A stretch of DNA of 64,000 bases from Eledone cirrhosa (lineage: Eukaryota): positions 324,508,001 through 324,572,000 of the forward strand of contig OZ024741.1 in NCBI GenBank assembly GCA_964016885.1. Direction: 5' to 3'. The translations under genes were made by a program, and so were the position numbers. Positions 44,755 through 58,663 of the stretch are shown here, in pieces (the first letter of the stretch is position 1; each line of letters begins with the position of its first letter). The notes below the pieces were generated by a model that saw only the letters and a list, made by a program, of their open reading frames with translations, made no database searches and had not been told where the DNA came from.

Positions 44755-45345
44755 AGAAACAGGTGGAGTAATGTATCTCGGGATCGTGTTGACGAATAAT
44801 GGAAAGCAAGAGGCTGAATTAAGTGCAGGAATTGCAGGAGCTGGTGCAGTAATTCGCAAACTTCAGCACTCGGTTATTAGAAGAATGGGGCTAGGTGTAA
44901 AAGCCTAACTCGGTATCTTTAATTGGGTATTCTTGCCAGCCCTTCCCGTCCCTTGTGTCATAACCGAAAGAATATGATATCGAATCCCAGCGGCTGAAAT
45001 GGGATTCCTCCGATGAGTCTTTGGAGTTACCTTACTTGATATAGTGGGTAGCTCGGAGACCAGAGACTCCGAGGTAGAGTCGCTATATCACTGAATTGAG
45101 AGATCTCAGTTCCGATATTGCTGGCATGTGATTAGAGTCTATCAGGACAGATTTTACAGGCAAAACCAACTGGTACGAGACACAGTGGTAGACCCCCCCA
45201 GGAAGATGTTTTGATAACATCCACAAGCTCGGCTTGTCACAATTGGGTAGACAGCCTGATCAATTAGAGATGGCTGCTATGACAGGACCAACTGGAAAGT
45301 GTGCTTGGGGACTCTTCCGCGACGGCCCTTTCACGAATAAGAAGA
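44755..45345 (+). mobile_element. Decayed RTE-clade LINE 3' fragment
   Basis: YLGIVLTNNGKQEAELSAGIAGAGAVIRKL..IPAAEMGFLR. Confidence 0.7.
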
Positions 45346-45455
45346 AAAAAGAAGTAAAAGAAGTTATATATATATATACATATATGTACACACAACACAC
45401 ACACGCATATGTATATCTATGTATATATATATATACATACACGCATATGAATATC

Positions 45456-45512
<57 letters not shown>

Positions 45513-46209
45513 CCAAAACTAAACGGGTTATCACCCCAATAGAATTGTCATAAAATATAAACACACATACGCACGGAGTGACAGATATATGTGTGTGTAT
45601 GTGTGCATGTATATAATTATCACTACTATTAAAGACCAGAGACCAATTCTGTAGAATCAGGTTTATTCGTTGACAGACCATGCCTTTGTGTGACCAACAC
45701 ATCCATGTTAAACCCTGCACGTGCACACACATATATCTATATATATATGCGCACACAGAATTCACCACTGTCGGTTGCGGGGCCCAATCTACATGAAGAA
45801 CTCAATGTGATCAGAATGACTTGTATTTTAATTTCACTGTCCTAACTTCTTATATTATGGAAAATATATGTGTATGTATGTATATATATATATTTGGAGG
45901 CCATTTCTCTATGTGTGTGGGTGTATGTATATGTGTGTGTGTGTGTGTATGTGTGTGCATGTGGATGTATGTATGTGTATGTATTGTGTGTGTGTGTGTG
46001 TATGTATGTGTGTATCTGGATGTATGCGTATGTGTATATATATGTGTGTGTGTGTGTGTATGTATGTGTGTGTCTGGATGTATGTGTATGTATATATATG
46101 TGTGTATATATATATATATGTGTGTGTATGTGTATATATGTGTGTGTGTGTGTATGTGTGTATGTATATGTATGTGTGTGTGTATTATGTGTGTATATGT
46201 ATATATATG

Positions 46210-46241
<32 letters not shown>

Positions 46242-46614
46242 TGTATATGTGTATGTATATGTATATGTATGCGTGTGTGTGGATGAGGGTATGTGTGTAT
46301 ATATAGGTGTAAGTGCACTAAATCCCTTTCTATCACTCTCCCCTCTCCTACCGACCACAGGGAGATATATGTATGTATATTGCTTCCACCCCTCACTGAC
46401 CAGCAGCTGGCCATCTGGCCATTGCTAAATCTGACCTTTATAAAATAACCCACTCCCCCAAATAACTCCTCATTCACTACCAGAAAGGCACACAGCAGTC
46501 AACTTGCTGCTACCAAGATGAAAACTACTATGAAATCCCACACTGAATTTTATACTTGAATTTTCAAATCTCAAATTTTAACTCTTCTTATTATTAATTT
46601 TCTTAATATTAATC

Positions 46615-46662
46615 AACATTTGAAAAGATGGCTTTTGCAGACCCATCGAAACCGGTCATTTT
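46615..46662 (+). ncRNA. Minimal hammerhead, U3-A8 core variant, in an orphan pLTR-like segment (~46306-46805)
   Basis: AACAT-TTGAAAA-GATGG(...)CCATC-GAA-ACCGGT-C-ATTTT; palindromic stem III and GUC triplet. Confidence 0.7.
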
Positions 46663-46804
46663 TTATACCCTTTATTATTTCCTTACCTTATAAAATTATA
46701 TGTTTTTTCACAAAAAAGTATTCTGTCTCTTATATATTCCATGTGCCATTACCAACCTCAATTTTCTCTATAACCTTCGTTTTGTGTAGAAACTTACACT
46801 TTTC

Positions 46805-46885
<81 letters not shown>

Positions 46886-46889
46886 TATG

Positions 46890-47401
<512 letters not shown>

Positions 47402-47542
47402 AGGGTTGACGGACCCAGCATATTTATCAATGCCAGTACCGGTTGTATCTCGGCGAACTCAATGGGCAATGTAAGATACATTACCAGAGTATACAGTTAT
47501 TTGCCTCAACACAACACACGTAAAACGGCTACCTATAAGGTT

Positions 47543-47652
47543 CCCGGACTTGAGTTTCTGCAGCACTAATGAAGCAGTAAGGTGCACTGCGCCATCTGTC
47601 TGCATATATTATGCAACAATGCACAATCGACTTATGCGGCTTCATCAGCGGG
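47543..47652 (-). ncRNA. Hammerhead with an ~80-nt expanded domain II, within a ~430-bp orphan unit (47400-47833)
   Basis: CCCG-CTGATGA-[long structured insert]-GAA-AC(TCAA)GT-C-CGGG. Confidence 0.6.
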
Positions 47653-47832
47653 TATCGCCTAATCAATAACCAATCGATCGACATAATCCAAACACCGGCC
47701 CGTGCCGGTCATGACTGTTTGTGACAACCGACACGGTGAAGCGATTAGCAACTGGCAACCGATAGGACTCTATCTCTCAACTAGCCACTGATTTACAAAT
47801 TTTACGTGGGGACGGGAAGCTAAAAAGAATCA

Positions 47833-47902
<70 letters not shown>

Positions 47903-48121
47903 GTTCCACAACAGTTAGTTCACCATACCGAGAACAATCTGTATGGTGAACTAACTGTTGTGGAATTACTTCTACCAAACTAGTCCCATGGAGTGAGTGC
48001 TCTACTATTATATATATATATATATATATTTGTGAGTCCAGAGTTCAATCGTGGGTAACCACAGTAAGTGAGGTACACAATAAATTAGTAGAGTATATAC
48101 AAAACTTACATTTTATTAATA

Positions 48122-48220
<99 letters not shown>

Positions 48221-48348
48221 AAAGTTCTATTTAAAGTTGTTGGGATACAACAAGTAAATATTTTTATAACTGACATAAAGCACTCGACATATTTTTGGAG
48301 TAGATATACGATATTAATAAATGGAAACTATATTTATAAAACCATATT

Positions 48349-48413
48349 TATTTCATTATACATATTTCAGGGATACCACATTAAATTATGGTATGCCTTC
48401 ATCAGACAAAATA
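48349..48413 (-). ncRNA. Type-I hammerhead in the family C pLTR (second copy at 52578-52642)
   Basis: TATTTTGT-CTGATGA-AGGCATACCATA(ATTTAA)TGTGGTATCCCT-GAA-ATATGTAT-A-ATGAAATA. Confidence 0.88.
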
Positions 48414-49993
48414 CAATATATAACAGTTTTACAAATAGGTTTGACGTACCCTTTAAAATACAACCATTACATTTGGAGGCTGTCTGGATAGTGATTTGTT
48501 TATATAATAAGTCATAGTGTTAAGCACAATTAGAAAAAGACGGAGAGAAAGAAAAAAGACGGAGAGAGAGAAAAGAACAAAGACAGAGAGAGAGAGAAAG
48601 AAAGAAAAGAGAAAGAAAACCTGGAGAAATATCGGAGAGAGATAGAAATGTATGGAGAAAAGAAAGAGATAGATAAAGATAGGAGGAAATAAAAAAGAAA
48701 GAAAAGGAAGGAATAAGAAAAACAAAGGAAAGCAACAGAGAGATATCAAGTCATCATACAGAAAGAAAAACTCAAGAGAGAGAAATACTATATAGAGAGA
48801 GGAGGAGACAGTGACAACTTTATGTCATGTCATATTAAGTTGAGTTAACAATTTATATGAAATGAATAATACAAATATAAATATAAGTATCAATATTCAT
48901 GAATGGGACATAGATATATAATATGAGAAATTAAACATTGTTCAATATGACCATGTTTAGTTTAGAAACTTGAGATCAATATACCAAAATCTGAGTTCAA
49001 AATGTACCCTTATTATAGAGATTAGTATTTTATGCAAAGACATACAGATATATATGTATATATACATACATATAGATACGCACGTCCTGAAAATAGATAT
49101 TATGTTTACTCAAACCAACAATATAGCCATACAAAACGTAAATTATTTCTCTTAATCACTGCTATATACTCATTGTTTTATAAAAATTTCACAGTATATA
49201 TATACAAATATATACGATAACAATCATGTCCTCATATATACGATTACCATTCATGTGTTTAATATTATGCACATCTGCAACATACCTCTCAACCACATAG
49301 ATATATACACATACATATATACACATACATATGTATAAATAAATATTTGCGTGCGTCCTCATGCATCACTCATGTATATATACAGGCACATATACAAACA
49401 CAAAAAATCTATAACACTTTCTATGCATGTTAATACACACATAGCATTTGTATAGAGATAATCCAATATCAATAAATTACCAAAGGATTATAATTTGTAA
49501 ATATAACCATAACAATACAAATTTAAAATACCAAAGGAATATATTTTGGAAATGCAACTATATAGTCAAAAGAAATCTAGAAATATCAAAGCATTAAATA
49601 TCATTAAAACACTATAGAGTATCTTAAGTTAAAATAATATGTTTTATATATTTAGTATAGAAATTTATCCTACGTATATCTCAATCAAGATATTGAGAGG
49701 GTAGACTTGTGAAAGTTATGAGAAGCTATCATAATCAAAACAAATAAATAAAAATAATTTAAAAGATTTAAAAAATTTAAAAAACCCAATGATTCTACAG
49801 ATAACCTTATATTTAATATAGAAATTTACCTTATGTATATTTTATTTAATACATTGGAAGTATAGACATTTTAGAGTAGTTTATTATATCCATGTTAATA
49901 TTTAGGAATAAAGTTTAAAAAGAAAAAGGTGAAGGAATCTAATGGATTATCGACAGGTTCCATATATTAACTAAAATTACTTAATTAATTATA

Positions 49994-52397
49994 CTACATT
50001 TTAAATTTATATTTATATTTAAACGTTGAGTTCAATCTATGTCTGCAGCAACTGAATAAATTGTTCCTCAGATTAAGGGAATTTTTGGACTTTAATATAA
50101 AGAATATTTCTTCAATACAAAGATCACAATTTTCTGAAGAGAAATTAAAAGGAGTAGCTTATGAAATAATATTCCAATTCAACGAATATTTAATATTATC
50201 TCGTTTTAGGTCCCATAGTAGGCTAGATAGCGAAGTTGAAGAATTTTTGTTTGGATCTGTGAAAGAATTCTTATGATTATTGAAGCGAAATTTAAATTCT
50301 GTAGAGGTGGAACCAACATAGTTAAATGAATTTAAATTAGTTTTAACATTACAATTGTACACTACATTTTTAGCTAAGCAGTTGTTACTTAACGGACAGT
50401 TAGATTTATTTCTACAGTTACAGTTATTTAATTGAATATTGTTTGGGTTATTATTGGTATTTTGGTTAGGTTTTAAATTCCTATTATTAATTCTATTAAT
50501 ATTTTGTGCTAAATTTTTGGTGGACGAGTAAGTTAATTTTATAGTGTGTCTATTAAAAATTGAGTGATATTTATGTGTTCTAGGGAAGCGTGTGTCAAGA
50601 GCTTTAAAGAATAGTTTAGCAATAGGGGTTTTAATATTTAGTGAGAAAGGGGGAGCAAACCATAATATATTTTTAGTTCTATTTCTTTTTCGGCTTTTGG
50701 AATTATTGTAATGTTTTCTATTATAGTTGTTAAAGTTGTTACCGTAATTGAAATTGTTATTATTTTGGTTAGTTTGCTTATTATTATATCCCTCCGAAGT
50801 CTCCCCCCCTATTGGGGAATTTTTCATTGTTATTTTCATTGTTATTTTTGTTACATCCTCTGTTTTTGTTTTTTACACGCAGAAATGCCCATTTGTACCG
50901 TCCTGCATTGTCCTGCACTGTCCTTAATGTCTACTTTATGTAAACCCTTGTGGTTAATAAAGAAATCATTATTATTATCGATGTATTTAATTTTATTTCT
51001 ATATCCAGCTCTAGCTAATGCTTCGTTGTAATACTGCGCTTTTTCATCAAATATATTTTTATTAGATGAAATTCTTGAAATTCGTTCTTGAACAGAGTTC
51101 GCTATAGTATTTTTAACAGATCTGGGGTGATTAGAGTTAAAGTTGACATAATTCAAGTTCTCATTTAGTTTGTGAAATGGATAATGAAGACATGCGTTGA
51201 GATTTAGTGTTACATCAAGAAAATTGACTATTCTATGGTTATTCTCTATTTCTATTTTTAGATTAAGGTAATTAAAAAATTGTATAATTTGCTTTCTTTT
51301 TCTATTTAGTTCACAGCTATTATCTGCTATAAGTAAAAGCATGTCATCACGATATAATCCTCCGGTTACACCTGGTATTTTTCTATGTAGCGAATTAATT
51401 ATAAATAGGCCCACAAGGTCCGTTTCCTGAGCTGAGTCTGATGAACCCATAGTTATGTCGAAATTATTATTTCTATCTGCCCTAGTCCAGAGTTGGTTAT
51501 TAAATTCCATCAATGCCGATAATATAATGTGCATTTCATTGCTAGTTAGGTCAGTATGTTTAAATGCGTAATTTAGTGCCTTATTCAGTAGATTAGGAGT
51601 GATAGATGAATAGTAGTTAGCAATATCCAGCTGAATAAACTTATTATTACAGTTATATTTAATTTCTTTAAACCAATCAATAACCTCACTAGTCCCTTTC
51701 CATAATTTTAAGTCAGATAAGTTAGGTAAGTTTATTATTTGTTGTATTACCCTGTCTAGAATATTTTTGCTAAGTTTTCCCAGGTCAGATTTGGATGGTG
51801 CAATTAATCTGACTGGTAAATCATGTTCAAAGTTTCTTTTGTGATCGTTCATATTGATCTTGGGTTTCCTAGGCATGAAGGGTTGTGTTTTATTCTCAAT
51901 GTCTAATTCATGCATTATACAAGATGCATCTGTATTCATTTTTTCAAGTTCATCCTTACTTGCTACCTTGTACTTTTTCCTTAGTTCTTTCAATATAAGG
52001 TCGTTATACATGTCTTTTTGTACTCCATAAAGGTTGTTAGTTTTATCCGACTTCACTAAAATTTTCTCTGTTTTCTCCAGGTTTTCAATATTATCCTTAA
52101 TACATCTTAAGTAGTCCTGGCCTTTGAAATGTCTCTTGAATTTGATGCCTTGGATGATAGATACTATATCATTTTCAAAATCCATTAGTAGTTTGTTGGG
52201 GGTGGATTTTTTTTAGATTTGAAAATTTTATCCAGATTTGAAACATTTTCATTTAGATTAGATTTATCAAAGTGGAAAGCACGCCACCTGATTCTTCTTA
52301 TAAAAGAGTCTGATTTTTCTATTAATTGTTTAATAAAATCTTTGTTCCTAGGTAGAGGTATGTCTTTTAGAGAAGAAGAGATCTTAAAGAATTCCAT
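49994..52397 (-). pseudogene. PLE RT + Asn-rich linker + GIY-YIG ORF (family C), with a few frameshifts and stops
   Basis: IRWRAF, SDKT, QLDIANYYSSI, ITMGSSDSA, LYRDD, CNCRNKSNCPL and VVY..YVG..FKFR. Confidence 0.93.
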
Positions 52398-52786
52398 TTT
52401 TTCAGTTGTAATGTAAAGCGCTCAACAATATAGGAGCAGAATATATGCAAAAGTTCTATTTAAAGTTGTTGGGATACAACAAGTAAATATTTTTATAACT
52501 GATATAAAGCACTCGACAAATTTTTGGAGTAGATATACGATATTAATAAATGGAAACTATATTTATAAAACCATATTTATTTCATTATACATATTTCAGG
52601 GATACCACATTAAATTATGGTATGCCTTCATCAGACAAAATACAATATATAACAGTTTTACAAATAGGTTTGACGTACCCTTTAAAATACAACCATTACT
52701 TTTGGAGACTGTCTGGATAGTGATTTGTTTATATAATAAGTCATAGTGTTAAGCACAATTAGAAAAAGACGGAGAGAAAGAAAAAA

Positions 52787-52890
<104 letters not shown>

Positions 52891-52899
52891 ATAACTATA

Positions 52900-53132
52900 T
52901 ATAATAACTAGAGATTGATTAACATATAAAAATACATGAATAATCACAGGAGATAATTTAAGCTTGCGTGTAACCGCGCATAGCTAGTTTAGGCAATATT
53001 TACCTTTAAGTGTTAATCACACTTAAAGGTAAATATTGCCTAAACTAGCTATGCGCGGTTACACGCAAGCTTAAATTATCTCCTGTGATTATTCATGTAT
53101 TTTTATATGTTAATCATTCTCTAGTTATTATA
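52900..53132. repeat. Near-perfect palindrome, 114-bp arms, 5-bp spacer
   Basis: 52900-53013 versus 53019-53132; one mismatch seen. Confidence 0.92.
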
Positions 53133-53373
53133 ATATGCTCAGATTTATTTATCTTTGAGCTTAAACTCTCAGGATATATGGCGCATGCATTATGTCATGA
53201 CACCCATGATTTCGATTTAGATTAAATTCATTTAATTCATTTATCTTAATTTTGGACTTAGATATATATATATATATATTAGAATTGGAGCTCTGTATTG
53301 CAAAATACATTATATATACATCCATATATATATATATATACTGAGTGTATTGCAAAATACATTATATATACAT

Positions 53374-53455
<82 letters not shown>

Positions 53456-55392
53456 TTGTATAGAGGGAGAGAAAGAAAGAGAGATTGGAAGATAGAGAGA
53501 CAGATAGAATGACATGTATAAGAGCATATACTTGACTATACATTAATCAATATCCAAACATTTGGATATATCTGCGATTGAGCGTATTCGTGTATATGTA
53601 TTTATATATGTCCGTGTCCATGTTTGCGCGTGAAATACGTATGACGTGTATAGTATGGCAGCAGGGGGAAGTGTGTCGCGTATATCTTCGCATGTTAAAT
53701 ATATCATTTCTATATAACATTGTATTCTGTCATAAATATTTAGATTCATGTGATAGGAATATGTCAACATAACTGAAACATAATTCATCATCAACATTAT
53801 CATCATCATCATCATCACCATCACTATTGTCTCATTATCATTATCTTCATCACAACCATCATCTTCATCATATCCATCATCACATTATCAACATCGCCAT
53901 TGTAATCATCACCATCAACACCATCATAATGATACTCATGATTACAACTATCTTCATCACCATCATAAATAATAACAGCTGGCATATTTCTATGTCCAAA
54001 GAACCATGGTGTATAGACGTTGATGCCATATACTCTATACCATATACCGTATATTGTTCAGGTTCATTCGTCCATAACTTAATATGGTTTAATGGCTAGT
54101 GTGCTCGGCTTCTAATCGTAAATTCTTATGTTGAATTCCTAGCTGACAAAAGAAGTCGTACATGTAACACAATAATCCAATTTTGCTACACACTGTACCA
54201 GGCTAAATCTCCCTGAGAGCTACGTTAAAGGCGCACGAGACAATAGAATATTCAAACAATTGTACGTTAACTTCACAAGCAGGCTTTTCTAACACACAGG
54301 CATACACACACACACAGACACACACACACACTTACATATACCCACACACACGCGCATAGACATAAATGTACACACAGATTTACACAAACACAGACACACA
54401 GTGGCATCCACGACTCAGTCGCCAACTTTCTGATCACAATAGATTTCCCTTTCTCTTTCTCGGTCCTTTTGTTCAGTCACTAGCACTATTCAGCCACAGA
54501 ACAGGCACACTTATCTATATATACGTAAAGCGATTCCCCAGCTTGTCCACGGTTTGTATATTGGCATTTGTAAATATAAATATATATGAATGAATATATA
54601 TATATAATTCTCAATACCACCATGTGTGTGTGATATGTGTGAATGTATATATTTATATATATATATATATATATTTATATAGTATGTTCAATATATTCAT
54701 ATATGCATATAGATGCATGCAGGCATGGTCCCGTAACTCCTGGGGGATTTTCCACAGTAGCCTTCTTCCAGAGAATGATAGAATGAGAGGGAATGAAAGT
54801 GAAGGGAAGAAGCGACACATTACTTGACTGGTACTTTTTCGTCGCACTCGATTGAATGAAAGCCAAATTTGACCTCGGTGGGATATGAACATAGAGCCGA
54901 AACGAATACCGCAAAGCATTCTATCCCACGTTCTAACGACTCTACCAACTTGCAGCCTTATATTATATTATATTATATTATATTATATTATATTATATTA
55001 TATTATATTATATTATATTATATTATATTATATTATATTATAGAGTTACGGCCCTTGCCATTCTGAGTTCAAATCCCGCCGAGGTTAACTTTGCCTTTCA
55101 TCCTTACGGGGTCGATACAATAAAGTACCAGTAATGCACTGGTTAATTGCTGGCCTTGTGCCTAAAGTAGACACAATTATATTATATTATATTATATTAT
55201 ATTATATTATATTATAGAGTTACGGCCCTTGCCATTCTGAGTTCAAATCTCGCCGAGGTTAACTTTGCCTTTCATCCTTACGGGGTCGATAAAATAAAGT
55301 ACCAGTAATGTACTGTGTTATTGCTGGCCTTGTGCCCAAAGTAGAAACAATTATATTATATTATATTATATATATATGTGTGTGTGTGTGTG

Positions 55393-55430
<38 letters not shown>

Positions 55431-55722
55431 TACATACACATATATATATATACATAAACGGAAAAAATGAAACGATATTTCATTTCCCACTCTTAGTACG
55501 GCTGTTACTTAAATATAAGTATGTACACGTACATACATATATGTATACCGACGTACAGTAGTATGTATATATACATATACATACATGCACACATATATAT
55601 ATGCACGTATGGATTCACCGAATATTTATTATAATGCTCGGTGTGTTTGTAAACAAACATCCCGTATTAAGCCGTAGTGTCTAGCAACCACCGTTGCTCG
55701 TTTGTTCAACACTGACAAAGGA

Positions 55723-55765
55723 ACGCTGTACTAGTTTCAAGCTTGTTAGCTATCGTCAGCAACGT
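55723..55765 (-). ncRNA. Canonical minimal hammerhead (copies at 56145-56187 - and 56567-56609 -)
   Basis: ACGTTG-CTGACGA-T-AGCT(AACA)AGCT-T-GAA-ACTAGT-A-CAGCGT. Confidence 0.92.
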
Positions 55766-56954
55766 ATACCTTCCTGCCAGATTGTTGAACGTATATACTT
55801 ACCTTATGCATATTAACGGCTGAGTAGCCCAATTTGCATATCGAGTGGGTTAATCGGCCGGGTGCACCGAAAACGATAAACGGAAAAAATGAAACGATAT
55901 TTCATTTCCCACTCTTAGTACGGCTGTTACTTAAATATAAGTATGTACACGTACATACATATATGTATACCGACGTACAGTAGTATGTATATATACATAT
56001 ACATACATGCACACATATATATATGCACGTATGGATTCACCGAATATTTATTATAATGCTCGGTGTGTTTGTAAACAAACATCCCGTATTAAGCCGTAGT
56101 GTCTAGCAACCACCGTTGCTCGTTTGTTCAACACTGACAAAGGAACGCTGTACTAGTTTCAAGCTTGTTAGCTATCGTCAGCAACGTATACCTTCCTGCC
56201 AGATTGTTGAACGTATATACTTACCTTATGCATATTAACGGCTGAGTAGCCCAATTTGCATATCGAGTGGGTTAATCGGCCGGGTGCACCGAAAACGATA
56301 AACGGAAAAAATGAAACGATATTTCATTTCCCACTCTTAGTACGGCTGTTACTTAAATATAAGTATGTACACGTACATACATATATGTATACCGACGTAC
56401 AGTAGTATGTATATATACATATACATACATGCACACATATATATATGCACGTATGGATTCACCGAATATTTATTATAATGCTCGGTGTGTTTGTAAACAA
56501 ACATCCCGTATTAAGCCGTAGTGTCTAGCAACCACCGTTGCTCGTTTGTTCAACACTGACAAAGGAACGCTGTACTAGTTTCAAGCTTGTTAGCTATCGT
56601 CAGCAACGTATACCTTCCTGCCAGATTGTTGAACGTATATACTTACCTTATGCATATTAACGGCTGAGTAGCCCAATTTGCATATCGAGTGGGTTAATCG
56701 GCCGGGTGCACCGAAAGCGATAAACGGAAAAAATGAAACGATATTTCATTTCCCACTCTTAGTACGGCTGTTACTTAAATATAAGTATGTACACGTACAT
56801 ACATATATGTATACCGACGTACAGTAGTATGTATATATACATATACATACATGCACACATATATATATGCACGTATGGATTCACCGAATATTTATTATAA
56901 TGCTCGGTGTGCACTCGATATGCAAATTGGGCTACTCAGTCGTTAATATGCATA

Positions 56955-56962
56955 AGGTAAGT
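56955..56962 (+). promoter_or_regulatory. Consensus 5' splice site AG|GTAAGT after ATGCAT, present once per complete 422-bp unit on the HHR strand
   Basis: Perfect U1-type donor; the same GGTAAGTATATA occurs in the family A 3' region (~24926-24937 and ~30566-30577, - strand). Confidence 0.5.
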
Positions 56963-56993
56963 ATATACGTTCAACAATCTGGCAGGAAGGTAT

Positions 56994-57036
56994 ACGTTGC
57001 TGACGATAGCTAACAAGCTTGAAACTAGTACAGCGT
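56994..57036 (+). ncRNA. Same hammerhead in the inverted copy
   Basis: Identical motif; stem I can be extended to 56969/57055. Confidence 0.92.
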
Positions 57037-58006
57037 TCCTTTGTCAGTGTTGAACAAACGAGCAACGGTGGTTGCTAGACACTACGGCTTAATACGGGAT
57101 GTTTGTTTACAAACACACCGAGCATTATAATAAATATTCGGTGAATTCATACGTGCATATATATATATGTGTGCATGTATGTATATGTATATATACATAC
57201 TACTGTACGTCGGTATACATATATGTATGTACGTGTACATACTTATATATATATACATATTTATATATATATATATATATGCGTACAATTTACTCATATA
57301 CTGGTTTTACACAATCAATTCACTCTCTATTTCGAAGGAATCTAGTTACAGAATCAAGAAGACATTTAATGTAAATATGAATTTGCTGGTATCTATTCTT
57401 ATGGTGTATGTTTCTCCATTAAACCAATGACCTAGATGTAATTCGATATAGCCCCTATTGATTTATCTTAGGCCATATATGCATAGGCGCAGGCGCGTTA
57501 TAACTATGTGTCTGTGTGTCAACATTCCTGTGTGTATGAGTGAGTGTGTGTATTCGTATGTTAATTCTAATTAGGTAGCAGAATTAGATAAAAGTCGAAA
57601 ATAATATATGAATAAATCAATCGTTCAATAAATGTGTCAATAAATGAATAAATAAATATAGAATGAGAGGAAGAAATGAATAAAGATAGAAGCGAATTTA
57701 TAACCCAAACCTATGTCCAATGCCTCTAACTATATATAAAAGCCACATAATAAACTACAACGATAAAATCTCATTTTATATTACCAAATACATCGTAATC
57801 TTTGCAGTAACATTTTACTGGTTGGGGCTTTCTTTTGTTTAGAATTAATCCTATTTCAATTGGACGACGACGGTTTGGTATGAATGTTTGTCACCTCCCA
57901 CTTGCAAGACCTTAATTATATTCTAATATATAAGTAGAAACATATTCTGTTTTCTGCGTTTCCTTAGTCATTTCGACATTTATATAACAACGAATATATA
58001 TATATA

Positions 58007-58512
58007 TATATATCATAAAACATGTTTATAGAATCACCAGATAAAATATATACCATTTCCTCTCCCAATTAGCATAATTAACCATATAAAAAATCGATTA
58101 GACCAAGCTATAAGAATAAAGGCTTCTATGAAGAAATCTCCGACAAATAACCGAAAGCAGCCCTTCGCGTCGGTTGCGACGGAGTATTTATCGAGTATTT
58201 CGACAGCGTGTATAAATCGCTCAGATATACAGTCAACTAAACAGAATTAGGTGTAAAATAAACTAGGAGAAAAGTGAACATATTTAGTTACCTCTACCAT
58301 GGTTTCATCCGCATTTTAATATATCCGATAATATCGCGTCGCAACCGACGCGAAGGGCTGCTTTCGGTTATTTGTCGGAGATTTCTTCATAGAAGCCTTT
58401 ATTCTTATAGCTTGGTCTAATAGATTTTTTTATATGGTTAATTATGCTAATTGGGAGAGGAAATGGTATATATTTTATCTGGTGATTCTATAGACATGTT
58501 TTATGATATATA
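58007..58512. repeat. Inverted repeat with ~175-bp arms (58007-58181 and 58337-58512) and a 155-bp spacer
   Basis: Arms are near-perfect reverse complements; the left end lies in (TA)n. Confidence 0.9.
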
Positions 58513-58566
58513 GCTCTTATTATTTAATTTATTAACTCTTCATTGAGCCACAAAGTGACCCGTTTC

Positions 58567-58663
<97 letters not shown>

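Larger units (their letters stand above)
55454..57248 (-). mobile_element. 422-bp tandem array (x3.45; units start at 55454, 55876, 56298, 56720) plus an inverted 337-bp copy (56912-57248): candidate retrozyme or tandem pLTR
   Basis: Near-identical units, one HHR per complete unit, no ORF, (TA)n flanks. Confidence 0.88.

Noticed and set aside
58120-58165. ATGAAGA...GAAAGCAG in the inverted-repeat arm
   Set aside because: No stem II pairing on that strand
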